NCBI GenBank assembly: GCA_951406725.2
Contig: OX597820.1
Coordinates: 63,240,001 to 63,304,000 of the forward strand
From: Octopus vulgaris
Lineage: Eukaryota
Direction of reading: 5' to 3'
DNA length: 64,000 nt
In this document: piece after piece, positions 35,309-49,497 of the stretch
Position numbering within the stretch: position 1 is the stretch's first letter
How the letters are laid out: every line of letters starts with the position of its first letter
Translations under genes and position numbers: made by a program
Notes under the pieces: model-generated
Told to the model about the DNA's origin: nothing
The model's database searches: none
Seen by the model: the letters and a program-made list of their open reading frames with translations, nothing else

Positions 35309-36382
35309 CATATCTGTGTCTCTCTCTCACACTCATAGGTACACAGATGTATACATAGAGAGATGTATACATAAATATATTGGTGTTAAATATTGAGAAT
35401 AACGGAATGTTTATTGAAGTTATTACTTCTTTCTCTGAATAGGGTCACCTATTCTACTTGAATTTTTGACGAAAGTGTTGCAAGTAATGTAGTCTACTGC
35501 GGTTGAATTTACGCAATCCAGTAATGCAAAATATCATGACGTATTCTTACTTTTAACATTAAAGTATCATGTTAGAATTAACTTGTTAGCATTAACAAAT
35601 TTCTCTGCTTAGCATAGAGTATTACTATGTCTCCTTCTGTCGTGGGAGCAAAAACACTGACTATAGTGGGGTATCTTCCTTCATTTAAGTCGAAGGCTTA
35701 GCATTCTATATGATGTGCTAGAAGATAATTCTTCGAGCTTCTCAACTAACTGGGTTTTTATAGTAATTCTTACTGCACTCTATATGTTCTCCTCTGCTTT
35801 CTATTTGGAGACGTTTTTATAGCTTCCATTGACTTCAGTAGTCTGCCCATCGTTAGCAAGATGTATTTCTGTACTTGTTGTCCAAAAACATGTGTGTTGC
35901 AACAACAACCGCAGTGGAAGCGCAATGGCCCAGTGGTTAGGGCAGTGTACTCGCGGTCGTAAGAACGCGGTTTCGATTCCCAGACCGGGCGAGCAAAAAC
36001 ACCTAATCCCCACGAGGCTCCGATGGGGGTGGGTGATCCCCGCTGTACTCTTTCACCACAACTTTCTCTCACTCTTTCTTTCTACTTCTGCCACAAAGCA
36101 GAGGAACTATAGTGTAACCCACTATGGTGTGGTAAACTTTCAGACCCTAGTCTAGATTGCGGATCCTCTATACCCTAGGAGAGTTCAGCTATCCACCCGT
36201 TAAAAGCCACCGTTTACGGAATGAGGAAAACAACGTAGCTTTTGCACCCCCATTCATAGTACTTTAAGGTAGGCTCGAATTAGAGATTATTCTTTGTGGC
36301 TACTGGCTTGAGTCCTGATTGAAAAAAGAAGAACAGCAGCAACAACAACAGCGACGACAACAACAAGAACAACAAGAACAAG

Positions 36383-36415
<33 letters not shown>

Positions 36416-36837
36416 TACTACTACTTCTACTACTACTACTACTACTAATAATAATAATAATAATACAAAGTGCTTTGGACAAAATGCTTAGCGGCATTTC
36501 ATTCGGCGCTGTATATTCTGAGTTCGAATCCGGTCTAGTTGGACTGTAATCAGTTCGACGTTGATAAATTAATTACCAATTCAACACACGGTGCGTGTAG
36601 TGGACGAACCTGTCCCCTCAAATTGCTGGCATTGTGCCATAATTTTAATTAATTGAAGTTGGTGGCATTGTTTTTTCTATGATAAATATTATGTCATACA
36701 CACTCAACAGACTAGACTGTTGGAAAAGAAAATTCATATCAACAACTGTTTCTGGAGTTGTAATAGGTTCAACTCTATCCAGCTGTTCAAATATTTAGGA
36801 TGATTTTCTGATTCATCCATAACTACAGGGATAATCA

Positions 36838-36885
<48 letters not shown>

Positions 36886-37477
36886 GAGTGAGCGAGCAGA
36901 GCATGCCATCAAAGTGACACTGGGGTAAAATATACGAAGCCCAGTATACCCATCATGACTACCCGTCTGATAAGGGTACACCAGGCACATGCATCACAAC
37001 CATATGTGCAAACATGGTGATCTCATATCAAGATAAACAGCACATGACCTTGCAGGTGGAGCCCAGTTAGAATTTTCTTCAGATCGAGTAACCCATCCCG
37101 CTCAAAAGGTCCCTGAATAAGGGTTGTTTAAGGACGTTGAACGAAACACCTATGTTTCCAGAGGTGAATTATTCAAACCCCAAAGAATCCTTCTCAACAC
37201 ATGGCTATGATGCTCCCCCACTACTTCTGCTCGTGATCAGTGATGCACATATCGTCAGCCACTAAGGTACATGCTCAACTGGTTAAGGTCAAACAACTGA
37301 CAAGCAAATCTGAGGTATTGAGCAGAATATTTGCTGTAGCCCATCTTTTATACCAAGACAAAACAATGTACATCATAACACTTCCAATCAGTTAAGATCA
37401 GAAGCCATGAGAGCCACTGCCTGGTACTGCATCATGGCATTTATGTACTGCATCAGGGCATGGTACTGCATCAGGGC

Positions 37478-37480
<3 letters not shown>
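36886..37480 (-). mobile_element. ~595-bp non-coding repeat in (AAT)n (further copies 38007-38428 and 33590-34108)
   Basis: Three alignable copies; two sit in the same (ATT)n array. The plus-strand copy ends in an A-rich/AAT tail at 34108, which sets the orientation. Confidence 0.8.
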
Positions 37481-37549
<69 letters not shown>

Positions 37550-37586
37550 TACTATTATTATTATTGTTATTATTATTATTATTATT

Positions 37587-37952
37587 CAGTAGTATATTTT
37601 TTATATCGTGCTTTCACTTCACTACCGAGCGCAGCTCTGTGTGCCTTGGGTATGTGCTATGATTTGTTGTGATGCTCTGATGGTTATTGTATGTAAAGTG
37701 GTCTGCGTAGGATGTGTGCAGTGCCTAGTAGTGCAATTTCCTGTATGTTATATGTGTTTGTAAGTACTGGTGTTTTTGTTATGTATTTGTCTGAATATTT
37801 TTTTATCATGCCTAATACACCTATTATGTTAGGAATTGTTTCTGTTTTTAGATTCCACATTCTGGTTACCTCTATTTCCAGGTCTTTGTATTTTGAAAGT
37901 TTCTCCATTTCTTTTAAAGACATGTTGTCATCCGCTGGTATTGATACATCAA
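37587..37952 (-). mobile_element. 3' fragment of R4/Dong-like RLE non-LTR retrotransposon in (AAT)n
   Basis: DVSIPADDN..KEMEKLSKYKDLEIEVTRMW..IIGVLG..QEIALLGTAHILR matches a restriction-like endonuclease C-terminus. (ATT)n on both sides. Confidence 0.85.
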
Positions 37953-38006
<54 letters not shown>

Positions 38007-38428
38007 GAGTGAGAGAGCAGTGCATGTCTTCAAAGTGATACTGGGGTAAAATATACGAAGCTCAGCATACCCCTCATGACTCCCCCTGTGATAAGGATAC
38101 AACAGGCATGTTGCATCACAACCATATTTGCGTGATATGCTGATCTCCTATCAAGATAAACAGCACATGAATTTCGTGGTGGGGCCCAGTTAGAATATTC
38201 TTTATGTCGAGTAGCCCATCCAGCTAAAAATATACCTGAATAAAGATATTGAGCGATGCTCAAGGGGTTAATATCGAACAACTAACGAACAAATCTGTGG
38301 TATTGAGCAGAATATTTGCTGTAGCCATTTCTTTTATTCCAAGACGAAGCAATGTCCATGATAGCACTGCCAATCAGTTAAGGTAAGAGGCCATGAGAGC
38401 GACTACCTATTACTTTATCAGCGCATTT
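38007..38428 (-). mobile_element. Second, internally deleted copy of the (AAT)n-associated repeat
   Basis: Starts gagtgagagagcagtgcatg like 36886. Confidence 0.8.
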
Positions 38429-38924
38429 ATCATCATCATCATCATCATCATTATTGCCGGTATTATTAGCTCTATTTCTAAAAGTGCAGTTAGGTGAAGT
38501 TTGGTGCGGTACTCTCAGAACGCTAAAACCATAAGGCACTACTACCTTTACGGTTGGTCGCCATGTTCATAAGCCATAATACATTTATGGTATTTTGGTA
38601 TACACAGCAAGATAATGTTATGATTTTATAAAGAATTAATTATCTTTCAAGGAGAACCAAATTGATTCCTCTATCCGTATTTGTACCATTCTATCACTTT
38701 CCATTCCAACATTCGTTCCTAGCACTCAAACACATATCTATCTCATACACACTCTCTCTACCCCCTCACGCTCTTGCAATATATATACATACAATCATAT
38801 ATGCGGACGCGTTTACTTTAATATACGTATACATACATGCATTCAAAATGAAATACATATCTACATACACAAATACGCTTCCAAAATATATATATATGTG
38901 TGTGAGTGTGTGTGTGTGTGAGTG

Positions 38925-38991
<67 letters not shown>

Positions 38992-39788
38992 ATATATATA
39001 TACACACACACATATGGTTATATATATACATATATAAAAATATATAAATATATGTATATATATATATATGAAAAAATATATATATATACAAATAAATACA
39101 CATGTATATACGAAGACATATATGTAAATATAGATATATATATATATATAATTATATATATACCCATATATATACACATATATATCATGTATTATATTAG
39201 ATTAGATTAAATATATATTTATATACATATATATACACACATTATATATTACTTATACATACATATATTATCTGTAAATATAATCTACAATGTATTCATG
39301 CAGAACATTCTAATTTGCAAGTTTGAATGAATGAACATTATTTCTTATGTTCGTAGTGCTTCCTACGCAACAGATAGATAATCACATAGAAAATAAATGA
39401 GAAATAGATTGTCTGTAGAATACTAATACAGGAATATAAAATTGGGATATCTTCACCATTGGAGTGTGGAAATCATATTATTTTATTATTTTTATGGCTA
39501 AAGAATTGAGTAACAGGTTCAGTCCTAGGGTATAGTACATTCACGGATGATATCCACCAGGAGACTAGTGGTTTTCTTCTATTTGGATCTAAGTTGGGAT
39601 TTGATCAGCACGTTTAGATCAAGTGTGTGAGAAGTTTTAAATTTCAGAGACTCGAACACCTATGAGGCTCCAGCACCATTACAGGCGATGCATCCCAGAC
39701 CATACCAATATATATCTCAAAGCAACATATACGCGCGCGCTGTTTGTGTGAGCCTGCTTATATGTATGCATGTTTGCATATTTGCATG

Positions 39789-39844
<56 letters not shown>

Positions 39845-40098
39845 TTTTTCTATTTTATTTTCTGCACATTTCAGACGTGAGACTGCAGCCATACTGGAGC
39901 ATGATCTTAAAGGATATTTTAGTCGAAGAAATCTATTCCACGACTTATTCTTTGTAAGTCTAGTAATTATTATTCTATCAATCTCTTATGCCGAACCTTT
40001 AAACTACCTGGAGGTAAACAAACCACAATCGGTTGTGAAGTGACAGTGTGGCACAAGGACAGACAGACGCACAGACACACCAAACACACACATACACA

Positions 40099-40153
<55 letters not shown>

Positions 40154-40849
40154 TCTTTGATAATAATTAGAGAATGTCAAAAACATTTTACAAGAATATA
40201 TTAAAGAAAGTAATCAGAACGGGAATCCAAGAACCATTTGCAGTTCAATAAAAATCATATTTGTTTCGTGGTATTTATATACACAGAAGGAGATATATTT
40301 AAGAATTTACAAAATATTGTAGAGGAATAACTGACCTGTCTTTCTGGCAGTGTGGAGCGACAATCATTTTCTAAAGAATTGAACACAGTCAAGTGAATAA
40401 ATACCTTTAAAATTGCGTTTTCAAACCTTTTCATATATATTTATTTATATATATATATGGGGAGAGAGAGAGTCAGACAAACGGATAGATGGATATATAG
40501 ACAGAAAGACAGACAGACAGATAGAAAGATAGCTAGCTAGCTAGCTAGATAGATAGATAGCATAAATTATTTGAAATATGTTAGCTTACAAAACATTAGA
40601 TAACAGATTGCGTATATATTTAAAATTGGATATTTCATAGAGTATGCTGACTGTGGGAGATGAATGTAAATGGGAAATCTTGGGGACAATGGGAGAAGAA
40701 AATATAGATAAAGTAATAATACAGAAACAGAAATTGTGGCAGACGAAAACCCTTAAGAGAAAAAGATAGCTTTTGTCTAAAACGAAAAGTCAAAACAAAA
40801 TGAATACGAAAATGCAACGAAAAGGGAGAGAATAAGAGGATAACGGCAA

Positions 40850-40979
40850 CGATGATGATGATGATGATGTAGAAGAAGAAAAAGAAGAAGAAGAAGAAGA
40901 AGAGGAAGGAGAAGATGTAGAAATGGAAGAAGTAGAAGAGAAAGAAGAAGAAGAAGGAGGAGGAGGAGAAGAAGGAGAA

Positions 40980-41027
<48 letters not shown>

Positions 41028-41233
41028 GAGAAGACGATGTAGAAGTGGAAGAAGTAGAAGTGAAAGAAGAAATAGAAGGAGGAGAAGAAGGAGAAGAAGA
41101 AGAGGAGAAAAAAAGAAGTAGAAGAAGAAGTAAGGAAGAAGGAGTAGAGAAGAAGTAGAATGAGAAGTAAGGAAGAAGGAGTAAAGGAAGAAGTAGAAGA
41201 AGAAGAAGAAGAAGTACAAAAAGAAGAAGAAGA
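40850..41233 (+). repeat. Degenerate (GAA/GAG/GTA)n polypurine tract
   Basis: Directly visible. Confidence 0.95.
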
Positions 41234-41697
41234 TACAAATTCGTTGAATTCATTACTTAAAATACTGGTATATGTAACCCATATAGTCATGAAGGATGAG
41301 AATAAAGTAAGATAGCGTAAAGATGTAACTTCTCTAAAATTCAGATTTTAATAATAGGAACATTTTATTAGCACAGGTGACCAAACCGCGGCTCGCCATC
41401 TACTTACGGCTCTTTAATCTTTAATACGTGCCCCTGGAAATATGTTGAGTGAGCTCTTTTTTCATCACAATTAATATAAAAGGTAAATATGATTATTTAC
41501 TGGGTATGATTTGAGACTCCATTGGATTAAAACATGATTAGGAAAAATATTTCAGAATTTATATCCTAATTTTAATACTAGATCTGAGTAAGGCATTGTT
41601 CTTTGGTGCCGAGGGAAGGAATGGTGAGAGGGAGGGGGATTAAAGAAATTTCCGGTCACCAAGAAATCTTAAAGCATATCCTTGAGTGTAGATGTGA

Positions 41698-41728
<31 letters not shown>

Positions 41729-43429
41729 CGCGCGCGCTCGTGCTGTGATTACCTGTCCACCAGTTGACAACCTATTCTGGTTTGTTTATGCCTGTAACAT
41801 TGTGTGTGAGGGAAAATATATCGATAGAATAATTACCACAGTTCAAAATAAATACTGGGGTTAATTTGTTCGACTAGATTTCTGAAGGCGGTGCCACATC
41901 ATAGCCACAGTCTGATGACTAAAACAAATGAAAGATCCAATATGAAAGAACAGTAACTCTTCACACGGTGGATTCTTTAAGGAAACCTAAGTAGCTCTAC
42001 CGCTCTGAAATAGAAAGCGTTTGGTAGGTTTTGGCAATAGGTTCAGAAATAAGCAATTGAGCTGGAGACAAAAGAAAGGTAAAACACCAGTGAGGTTTTG
42101 ATTTACCCTGGAAAGATGAAAGTTGCAATCGTGCGTTTTACCATCGTCAGCATATCTGCAGGCCATTTTCTGGGGATATAGCAATACATAAAAGTAATAT
42201 AATATTTCATATGAAATGTTGAGCAGATTTATAAACTACCATGAAGTATGAGTGGAGGAATCAAAGAAACTATGATTAATGCTATTCTCGTTCCAAAAGT
42301 AAGTACTGAAGATAACTTCGCAAAAAAATTGATCTTGTTTAGAACATCTTATCAATGTATAAACTTCAATGTATTTGAGCTACAGAGAATAATTAAGTAA
42401 TTGTGAAAATTGTATTTAGGTTCGTGTAGGAAGACTGAGTTATTAAGAGGTAAAATTTTAGAGGAGATAGAAGAATAAAAAAAAACAATTAAAAGAAAGA
42501 GCAGGAAATTCCGCGATAAGGTATTTGATGCCTCCAGAAAGACAAACTTAAGGAAACATAATGAAATTGTCATACGTACATTTATACATTACATACATAC
42601 ATAAATAAGAGAACAGATAACATATAAGCGTTTCTACGTGTCTGTGCGCGTGTGTGTAGGAAATATTTACTGACTAATACTACATCTTTATATATAGAAA
42701 TGTTTTATTCGTATTGCTTATAGGGTTCTCACGAATTCCTTCATTGCATCCTGCAATTTGACTGGGAGGAAATAAAACCCCTCTTAATGAGGAGAAATGT
42801 GACATATATGGCTTATGTGGTATTGTGTATAACCAGACACTTCATTTTGTTACAGTATTGCTTAAAACGGTTTTATAGTAAAATAGTCGCTCATATGAAT
42901 GTCTCCGACAACTAAGTAGTTTTAATTACTTCATATTACGTTGAGAGTGTTGAAATATATCACTTTAAATGACTAAATCTGGAACAAAAGGCAAGAGATG
43001 ACATCACTGAAATTTGAGTTAATTACATATAATTAATTATAGAAATGTGTGCAGTTTTCTTGCTGCCTTGAGGAATGAATAGGAAAGCAACGTGTTGCTG
43101 AGGGTGACGGTAGTGTAGAGAGAACATAAAAGTTAACAATAAAGACGTTTTTAATTACCTCTGATGTTTCGAATTAAAAACTCTTTTGCAAAAGAGAGAA
43201 ATATATAAAGTACGTATCCATTGCTTTACCGTATCGAATACTTGTGTGTGATATTCTAAATTCTATGCTCTAAGATGAAAAATAGATGTGGCTTTCTATT
43301 GAGTTCCACGTTTTAAGAATGAAAATAGTGCCAATGAAGCTATTATATGTAAATATATATTACATTCCAATGAGTAAGATTCTGCTCAAATTAAATAAAT
43401 ATTAATTGATAATATGAATACAATATCAA

Positions 43430-43768
43430 ACAAGAAGTTTCAGAGTGCGCATACCTCTGCTAAGAAAACACCAACGTCCTCTCAATGATTAACCGGAGAT
43501 GGTTTTTAAAATGAGAATATCTGAAATAAACTCGTCCGTTCTCACAAACGAGAGTACTAAAAATGAAGTTGACGAAGTTCAGAAATGAAAGGAAAAATAG
43601 TCCAAAATCTAATCCGTTCGTGACAGTCACGAGGTCAAACATCCCTGAAAATTTCATCCGATTCCAAGCAGCGGTTCTTGAGATATATTGCCCATGGACA
43701 AACAAACAAACAAACACGACTGAAAAAGAATACTTCCGCCTTCGGTAAGATTTGGCTTGAAATAATAA
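43430..43768. mobile_element. Non-autonomous DNA element (DINE-1/Helentron-associated-like)
   Basis: aaatttcatccgattcc..ttcttgagata..(CAAA)n..aatacttccgcc..ggc..aataataa architecture. Confidence 0.55.
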
Positions 43769-43843
43769 CTCCTCGCGTACATATCAGTGGCCCCTGATGC
43801 ATAGACCAAGGTAAACAACCACCTGATATTAATATATATATAT

Positions 43844-43966
43844 ATAAGCAACAGGATCTCAAGTAGTGATGCAGTACGACCGTTTCAAGCGGGTCCATTT
43901 ATTTGAACAGATAAATAGACTCGCTTCAAATGGTCGTACTGCATCACTAATTGATATGTTGCTTAT
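43844..43966. repeat. ~123-bp palindromic hairpin (MITE-like)
   Basis: ataagcaaca..tagtgatgcagtacgacc..aagcg / cgctt..ggtcgtactgcatcacta..tgttgcttat, with a 2-nt loop near 43905. Confidence 0.85.
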
Positions 43967-44073
43967 TATGATTTTATTCATCATACTTCGAGCTATGCGG
44001 ATAATACAGGACTGACTTGGTGATTCAACTTAAGTACCTATACATATATAAATATAATTATATATACATAGCA

Positions 44074-44155
44074 GTCGTCGTGGCCGAGTGGTTAAGGCGA
44101 TGGACTAGAAATCCATTGGGGTCTCTCCGCGTAGGTTCGAATCCTACCGGCGACG
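44074..44155 (+). tRNA. tRNA-Ser (anticodon AGA)
   Basis: 82-nt cloverleaf: acceptor GTCGTCG/CGGCGAC, A box TGGCCGAGTGG, anticodon arm ATGGA-CTAGAAA-TCCAT, long variable arm, T arm GTAGG-TTCGAAT-CCTAC, G discriminator. Confidence 0.97.
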
Positions 44156-44161
44156 AAGAGA

Positions 44162-44166
44162 TTTTT
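44162..44166 (+). terminator. Pol III terminator (T5) of tRNA-Ser
   Basis: TTTTT starts 7 nt after the discriminator base. Confidence 0.8.
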
Positions 44167-46252
44167 GAAGTTTTCTACTAATGAATTTAATGTTTGATTT
44201 TCATGCTTGTGACTTCTCTCCTATTTTAAATGGCAACAGCTCGTGAGCTGAAACTAGAATCAATAAGTATATATATATATATATATAATGCATATATTAA
44301 ATATTAAATTAAATACGTAATTGAAAGTGCTACTAGTAGTTTCGTGATATTATGATACTTGAACAAGCATATATATAAAATACGCTATGGGACTTAAAGC
44401 AATCTATGAGGCTCTGTTTACACGTGATATTTAATTTCAATATATATATATATATATATATATACAGTATATGTGAGTGTGTCTATTTGTATATATATTT
44501 ACACACACACGTACACAAACTCATACACAAACAAACACACATATCCGTTCTTTCAAGCTTTGAAATCGTATTTTATTTTAACTTCATAATTAATTAAATA
44601 GTTCTAAGTTAACATTATTTAGTTATCATTATGTTTTCACTTTTGTGTTTGTTATTTATCGTATTTAATATTCAACGAATATTATTACTATGTTGTATAG
44701 CACACTGGTCTTTTTTGATTAAATTTAGATCAACTCAAGTTTGATCTTTTGCGGTAACAAAGTGGCTTCGTAGATATAATGCTCTTATTGGACTTACTCC
44801 GCAAAAGACTTGTGTATCAGAAGTAATTTTTGGGATAATTTCTAATATTGTGTTTAATCATTATTTTGCCAAAATATGTATCATTGCCTTTTTGCCCAAC
44901 TGTAATTGCAGCAAGTTATATTTATGCGTATAATATCTAAACTTAAATTGAGTTATCGTTAGTCTGATGCAATTTATACCGTTTTGTTAAATGTTCTAGT
45001 ATTTTGGCTGCGCATGGAATAGATATTTACAATTTGTCACTCATAGAACACAGGGTTCTAAGTTATACGGTTACATACAGTTACATATTGCGGATTTAAT
45101 TTAATTTCTATTCTGGTACTTTGAATTATTAATTTTGCTTTAAATAATTATTGTAGAAATTATAACGCGTGAGAAGATATACGTTATCGCAACTTTTTGG
45201 CTAAAGCGGTTTCTGTTTTGAGTTCAAATCACTACTAGGTCAAATCCAACTTACATCTTTAAGGGATGAACTGAACTAGTGCAACAGTCAAGAAATGAAG
45301 TCAATATTATCGACTGCCTCCGCACCCAAACCATCTATTTTAAACTATTGTAAGAAATTGCTTATGGATTATGTTGTTTTAATGTAAAGTCGGAAGCTTA
45401 GATTACGCGAGTGAATAGTGAAAACTATTCACTTCTGGTGATCAATAGAAACGTTGTACGAGATGTGGAGTATATTTCGAACCAATATATTGATACCGTA
45501 AACGTTATGCTTTAGATTATACGCCTACGTTATATGAAATTGCTGCCGCATATCCAATTCGAAAGAAATCAGCTGAATTAGAATATACAAAGGTAAATTG
45601 AAATAAGAAGTGCAGTTACTAAGACTGTCTAAATTATGCCCACAGCAGGAACCCAAGCAAATTAATAGTTGAGTAATCAAAATTATGTAAAAAAATTATA
45701 TTTGTATGTGTGTGTATATGTGCGTGCGTGCGTGAGTGTCTAGGTGTGTGTATGTATCTACTCACACAGACACCTACATACATACACACACACATACAAA
45801 GAGGAAGCACGTGGCTTGATGTTTAGAGGTGTTGCCCTCATGATCCTAAACTTGGGAATCAATTCCTGGATTGGGACGATACGTTGTGTTTTTGTTTCCT
45901 TTCCCTTTTCTCGAGTCCGTATAAATGGCAGACTGCTACTACTGCCATTTCAGCTACTGGTCATTCGGACACATAAGACAGCTAATAACAACCACGTGGA
46001 TTCTGTTGAGAAGAAACAATTACGAGCTTTTTTATTACACTCAACTTTAAACTTACAGCTATTATGCTTACTACCGACAAACACCACCACGTGGATTCTG
46101 TTGAGACCAGTAAGAAACAATTATGAACTTTTTTATTACACTTAACTTTTAAAAATATTTTTGATAAGGTTCGTTTTTTCAAGAAGAACCGAAACATGTA
46201 AACTTTCTAAGGAAATTACAATTTATCAAATATAGTGACGTTTTCAAACTTC

Positions 46253-46325
<73 letters not shown>

Positions 46326-47034
46326 TTATGTATTTATATATATATATGTATATATACCAACAACATAATTCCGGGTTCAGTCCTACTGCGTGCCAACATG
46401 GGTAAGTGTCTTCAAAGTTGCCTTGGTGCAACTAAAACCTTGTCAGTGGATTCGGTAGACGGAAACTGAAAGAAGTCCGTCGTATATATATATATATATA
46501 TATATGTACACAAATATACATGCATGCACACACACATACACTTACAATCACATACCTCCATGCTTCAACACTTACATAGAATATATACATGCTTACACTA
46601 TGGGGTGCCGCTAATACTGTAATTACCACACCGTACAGCGCACTCTACAGTAAGCAATAATCCTCTGCTCACTCAAAGACTCTCTTCATTTGCAAACAGT
46701 AACCATGTTACCGATGTATATATTTATGGCCATGTCATCTTTTCACTGAATTCAATAACACCATTATACATTTGGTGCTTCACATCAATATTTCCTGGTT
46801 TAACATTATAAATAACCTTCGACTATCAATATTCTGCACAGGATTCCCTGTTAGTATAAGCGCTTATATTATGTAATTATATAAATATAGACATGTTTAA
46901 CCACACAAAAACGCAGACGGTATCAGAAAATCTCATATAAAACCGATACGTGAACGCCACTAACTTAATGGACAGGTGTATGTTTATGTATGTGACTATG
47001 CATATATCTGTGTATGTGTGCCTGTGTGCCTCTC

Positions 47035-47072
<38 letters not shown>

Positions 47073-47239
47073 TAACAAAGATAACTGCAGCAATAACGAA
47101 TAGCAATAGAACTTGGTTATCGTCACCCCTTTACTGCGTGTTTCGTGTTGCTGCTTTCCAAAGTCACTATTCACCCATAAAAAATCCCAGCGTTAACGTT
47201 TGCATGTCTATATTGATTAGGCTATTGTACTCCCAACTG

Positions 47240-47630
47240 GCAGATCGTGGGTTCGATTCAATGACTGGCCGGCGCACTTTGTTCTTGAGCAAAATGCGTC
47301 ATTTTACATTGCTCCAGCCCCCTTGGATTGTTGGCCAGCTTGCCTAGCCAACGGAACGGCATCATTGTGATGAGCGATTTGTATCAACATCTGATAGCCT
47401 TGTCAGTCACGTGATCAGGATCTGCTCAGTGTGGCTCATTTAATTTGAAACTTCGTATACTGGTGTCACCCTGTGTGTCACGCTGAATATCCCCGAGAAC
47501 TACGTTAAGAGTACATGTGTCTGTGGAGTGCTCAGCCGCTTGCACGTTAATTTCACGAGCAGGCTGTTCCGTTGAGCGGACCAACTGGAACCAACTGGTG
47601 CCCTCATCGTCGTAACCGACAGAGTGCCAC
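47240..47630 (+). mobile_element. SINE family 4 (cttgcacgttaatttcacgagcagg body)
   Basis: B box ggttcgattc; relatives at 22345-22570(+), 52990-53310(-), ~1395-1630(-). Confidence 0.65.
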
Positions 47631-47709
47631 GTTCATTCTTAAATCATGTGGAACATTGGTCTAAAGGCTAAGTAATGAACTAAGCAGAAGCGACTTCGAT
47701 ATATATATA

Positions 47710-47965
47710 TCTGTAAATGTAATATGAGACAATTATTCGGTAGCCACGATAAAATCCACGCGGCCAAATCTTCAGCTATCCGGCCATCGGAAAAATGCTA
47801 TGAACAACGAACGTTATACGAAGGGAAATTAGTGTGTGTTTGACCGTTATTAAGACGAAAGTGCTATTCGAATGACCGCTAATTTAGGGGGTAAAAAAGT
47901 TCATAGTATTCGCGTAAGCGCGCCTGTTCATACTTACACATATGCGCCCGCACACTCACGTGCGT
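47710..47965 (-). mobile_element. Copy of the 54690-55170 family with the HHR partly deleted
   Basis: Shares gaccgttattaagac-aaagtgctatt-gaatgaccgctaa and flanking sequence with 54760-55050. Confidence 0.65.
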
Positions 47966-48405
47966 GCGCCTAAAGTATACATTCCTATATATATTAGTAC
48001 TTGTGTATGTGTGCTTCTGTGTTTTGTGTGTGTGTGTGTGTGCGCGCGGCTGCGCAGGTGCGTGAGTGTGCGTGTGTTTAGATATAATTTACATAATACA
48101 TACTTTAGAATACCCAATTACTGCATACGACTCTATTCTGCAGTCAACATTTATATCAGTCTCGTGATTATGTTTTCAATATCATTTCTCTAACAGAGAT
48201 TAATTATTCTAGCTATGCAATACAAACGCGTATGCTCACTGTCACAGGTATACCAAGACATATTCTTATGTACATATGACACTATATATATATATATGTA
48301 TATGCGTGTGTGCGTGTGTGTGTGCGTGTATGTAAACATCTGCTTGACTACCGAATCTATCTATCTATAGTTATATATATGTATATGTATGTATGTATGT
48401 ATATG

Positions 48406-48481
<76 letters not shown>

Positions 48482-49077
48482 GTCTACGTCTGTGTATTTA
48501 TATGAAGTCCTTTTGGACAGTTGGATATCAGTTACAAAATTGTCCACCTGCCTGAGAGACCTTACAACATGCAATCAAGCAATATGCACTGGTAATTAGG
48601 GATATACATCAATTACCGATTATGCCAATGTTTAAACATAGATTATTAAGGTCGGCCATACGAAGATTGATAGAAATGAAATATTTCCCGACTATACATT
48701 TACAAGACACTTAGGATATTGTATTTCACCATTTTACCATGGCATTAAGTATATGGGATGAATCTGTCTGTCTATCTGTCTGTCTCTCTTTTTCTCTCTT
48801 TCTCTTTACATATATATATGTGTGTGTATATATATATATACATATATATATATATGTATATATATGTATATATGTGTATATATATATACATGTATATATA
48901 TATACATGTAAGGTAAAGACCCCCTTCGGTACCAGCCTCCCCTCTCCACGCCACCAGTGTTATCCAAGGGAAAGACAAAGGTCGATACAGCTTGGCACCA
49001 ATGACGTCACAACTCATTTCTACAGCTGAGTGAACTGGAGCAACGTGAAATAATGTGTCTTGCTCAAGAACACAACA

Positions 49078-49120
<43 letters not shown>

Positions 49121-49164
49121 GTATATGTGTATATATATATACATGTATATATATGTATATATAT

Positions 49165-49390
49165 ATGTCACATTTCAAAATGTGACCTCGTGTGTACCGT
49201 TGGCGATTTTTTTCCTATCTCTTCCCTTCTCTGGATCTTTCCTTCTCCTATGTATCCGACGAAGAGCTCCGCTCGAAACGTTAAACCCTCCCTCTTCCCT
49301 TCTTTTCTGAGCGTCCAATAATACTATATTTGTTCCACATCCTCACGTTGTTGTGTTGTTTTGTGTTTTCTTGTTTGGATTAACTTTATA
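49165..49390 (+). mobile_element. Related pLTR-like short element with HHR motif (49252-49286), between (TA)n runs; decayed relative at ~11575-11760(-)
   Basis: CCGACGAA-GAGC-tcc-GCTC-GAAA-CGTT-aaac, with palindromic AACGTT in place of stem III. Confidence 0.7.
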
Positions 49391-49436
49391 TACATATATA
49401 TACATATATATATATATACATATATATGTATATAGG

Positions 49437-49497
<61 letters not shown>

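Noticed and set aside
35915-35990. tRNA gene
   Set aside because: A and B boxes are present but there is no cloverleaf, and it continues into a SINE body.
40635-41290. Three long minus-strand ORFs (poly-F/L/S) and a Glu-rich plus reading
   Set aside because: GAA-type microsatellite; the plus frames contain stops and there is no splice context.
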